A DNA stretch of 64,000 bases from Parasitella parasitica NRRL 2501 (Eukaryota > Fungi > Mucoromycota). Made by a program: the position numbers and the translations under genes. Numbering within the stretch: position 1 is the stretch's first letter; each line of letters starts with the position of its first letter. A model generated the notes under the pieces. That model had not been told where the DNA came from and did not search any database. It worked only from the letters and a program-made list of their open reading frames with translations. The stretch spans positions 1 through 64,000 of the forward strand of contig MU619250.1 of NCBI GenBank assembly GCA_025201805.1. The letters are read 5' to 3'. This document shows, in pieces, positions 61,959 through 64,000 of this stretch.

Positions 61959-64000
61959 ATGGAAATTACATCACATAACAGATGGGAGGACGATCACTCT
62001 GGTAGCCGTCGTCCCATGCGAATGTCAGGAAGAGAAGATGGCGGTGGTGGAGGAGGAGGTGGTGGTGGTGGTAATATACCGTTCTCAAAGATGATTTTCG
62101 ACGGTAAAAGAATGAGAAAGGCTATTCAACGAAGAACAGTCGATTATAATCACAGTGTTGCTAGATGGATGCAGGTTAGATTTTGTTCATTTTTAAATAA
62201 AATACAAGATATTTTCTGTGCAAAATGTTCTCTTTTCTCGTATTTTCTATTTGCTGATTTTATACATTTTCGTTTTGATTTGTAGGAGCGTGTATGGATT
62301 CGAGACAGACGAGATTCGCGATATCTAAGGCCTGACCCTAATTTCATTGTCAATGTAAGTGATAGATCTCTCCACGTAATCGTCGGTTTGCTTATTCTCT
62401 TTTCTATTGCCGGTAGATGCTACCACCTGTTGCCTACCTTGATAACCCGATTAACGCTGTTACAACGAAATTCATCCATACCTCCACTAATAAAATTAGA
62501 TTCCCAGTAAACGTAGTGCGAGTAAGTCTGCGGCGTTCACATAAAAAATAAGCACAGCCATGTAATTCATTGCAAATTTCTAGTGGACACCTGAAGGCCG
62601 TCGATTGATTACAGGCTCTTCTAGCGGCGAGTTTACCTTGTGGAATGGCTTAACGTTCAACTTTGAGACTATTTTACAAGCGCATGATTCAGCTGTACGT
62701 GCTATGAATTGGTCTCATAATGACAACTGGATGGTAACTGGCGATCACAGCGGTATAATCAAGTATTGGCAGTCGAATATGAGTAATTTGAAAATGTTCC
62801 AAGGCCACAAAGAAGCCATTCGTGATCTTACTTTTGCTCCTTCTGATACTCGTTTTGCTACTTGCTCAGACGACTCTCTCATCAAGATATGGGACTTCAA
62901 CACAGGCGCAGAAGAAAAGACTCTAACTGGCCACGGTTGGGATGTCAAATGCGTTGACTGGCACCCTTACAAAGCGCTAATCGCTTCTGGAAGTAAAGAC
63001 AATCTTATCAAACTTTGGGATCCTAAGACTGCCAAGAACATCACCACACTGTGAGTTGATTTTATGCTATACATGTTTGTTTGATCTAATCTATTTTGTT
63101 TTCATATTTTTTTTATAGCCATGGTCATAAAAATACTGTTCTGGCATTAGAATGGAATCAAAATGGTAACTGGCTGGTAACTGCTGGTAGAGATCAGCTT
63201 GTCAAGGTGTACGACATCAGAACAATGAAAGAATTGCAGATATTCAGGGGCCATAAAAAGGAAATTTGCTGTATGTCTCAACCAATATTATGGCTATGGT
63301 TCCATGTTAATCATTCTGTTTTTAGCTGCCAAATGGCATCCTCAGCACGAAAGATTATTGGCTACTGGTGGCTCAGATGGTGCATTGATGTTCTGGATGA
63401 CAGGCCAAGACCAACCTGTAGGCGAACAAGAAACAGCGCACGAAAGCAACATTTGGTCATTAGACTGGCATCCTGTTGGACATATTCTAGTCAGTGGCTC
63501 AAATGACCATACGACTCGATTCTGGACTCGTCCTCGACCTGGAGAATTGACGTCAGACAAATTCGACTCTAGCCAACATCATGATGAAGAGCCTACACCT
63601 GTCAAACATGAGGATTATGGTAGACAGCAATTCACAGAACCTCCTCCTTTCAGACCTCACAACGTCGCTGGTGCTCACAATAAGATGGAACCACCACCTT
63701 TCAGACCTGCCAATATGCCTCGTCCTCCCTCAATCATGGATAACAACGGCCCACCACCTTTCAGACACAACAGCTTTAATAGCAGTTACAATAATGACGC
63801 CCCTCCTCCTTTCAGACCTCCTCCCCCTCCTCAGCAAGATGGAAACATGATGGGAAGTATGATGCGACAAAACCAGCCTCTTCCCTCGCAGCAAATGCAA
63901 CATATGCAGCATTCACAGCAACACCACCAACAGTTTGATGGAGGTTACAGGCCGCAACAACAAGGAAATAGAGGAAACCCTCGTCAATACGGTAGAGGAG
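61959..64000 (+). CDS. PFS2: Polyadenylation factor WD40 protein Pfs2/WDR33 (3' end beyond window)
   Basis: [66 protein letters not shown]40 repeats, [17 protein letters not shown], then a Pro-rich tail. Confidence 0.96.

Overview
Gene-dense, intron-rich fungal scaffold segment with short (~45-95 nt) GT-AG introns, CTAAC/CTGAC branch points, long homopolymer runs and three N gaps. Gene content and intron style suggest Mucorales (Mucor/Parasitella-like), which is an inference. About 25 protein-coding loci can be reconstructed by hand-splicing. Recognisable genes, left to right: TMEM94/ERMA-like P-type ATPase relative, Zds1-like, PPZ phosphatase, COX12, polyQ F-box/LRR, GH36 Sip1-type alpha-galactosidase, a divergent ENA-type P-ATPase, SDR, FHA-forkhead factor, SAD1/USP39, GMF/AIM7, TXNDC17, allantoicase, TRAX, PTR2, VPS20, SEC28, a secreted beta/gamma-crystallin-like protein, RPC82, TDG/MUG glycosylase, a receiver-domain cAMP phosphodiesterase, GlcN6P deaminase and PFS2/WDR33 (truncated). 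GMF, TRAX and a gene at the left edge are essentially absent from the ORF track because of heavy splicing. The most unusual region is a ~4 kb composite element at 33.7-37.7 kb. Two diverged 600-750 bp direct repeats enclose a two-zinc-finger gene of unknown family with one in-frame TGA. That gene is followed by a higher-order array of 11-bp GGAACGCAGYT monomers, and an apparent inverted copy of the array begins at the left assembly gap, giving a Foldback-like layout with no recognisable transposase. Other notable signals are a 6-nt micro-exon encoding part of the POT ExxER motif followed by an internal AG|GT, three GATAAG sites in one allantoicase intron, two GC-AG introns, an M13 peptidase relic and a Helitron-like 3' end. 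No rRNA, tRNA or CRISPR was seen. Homology calls rest on recalled motifs, not database searches.
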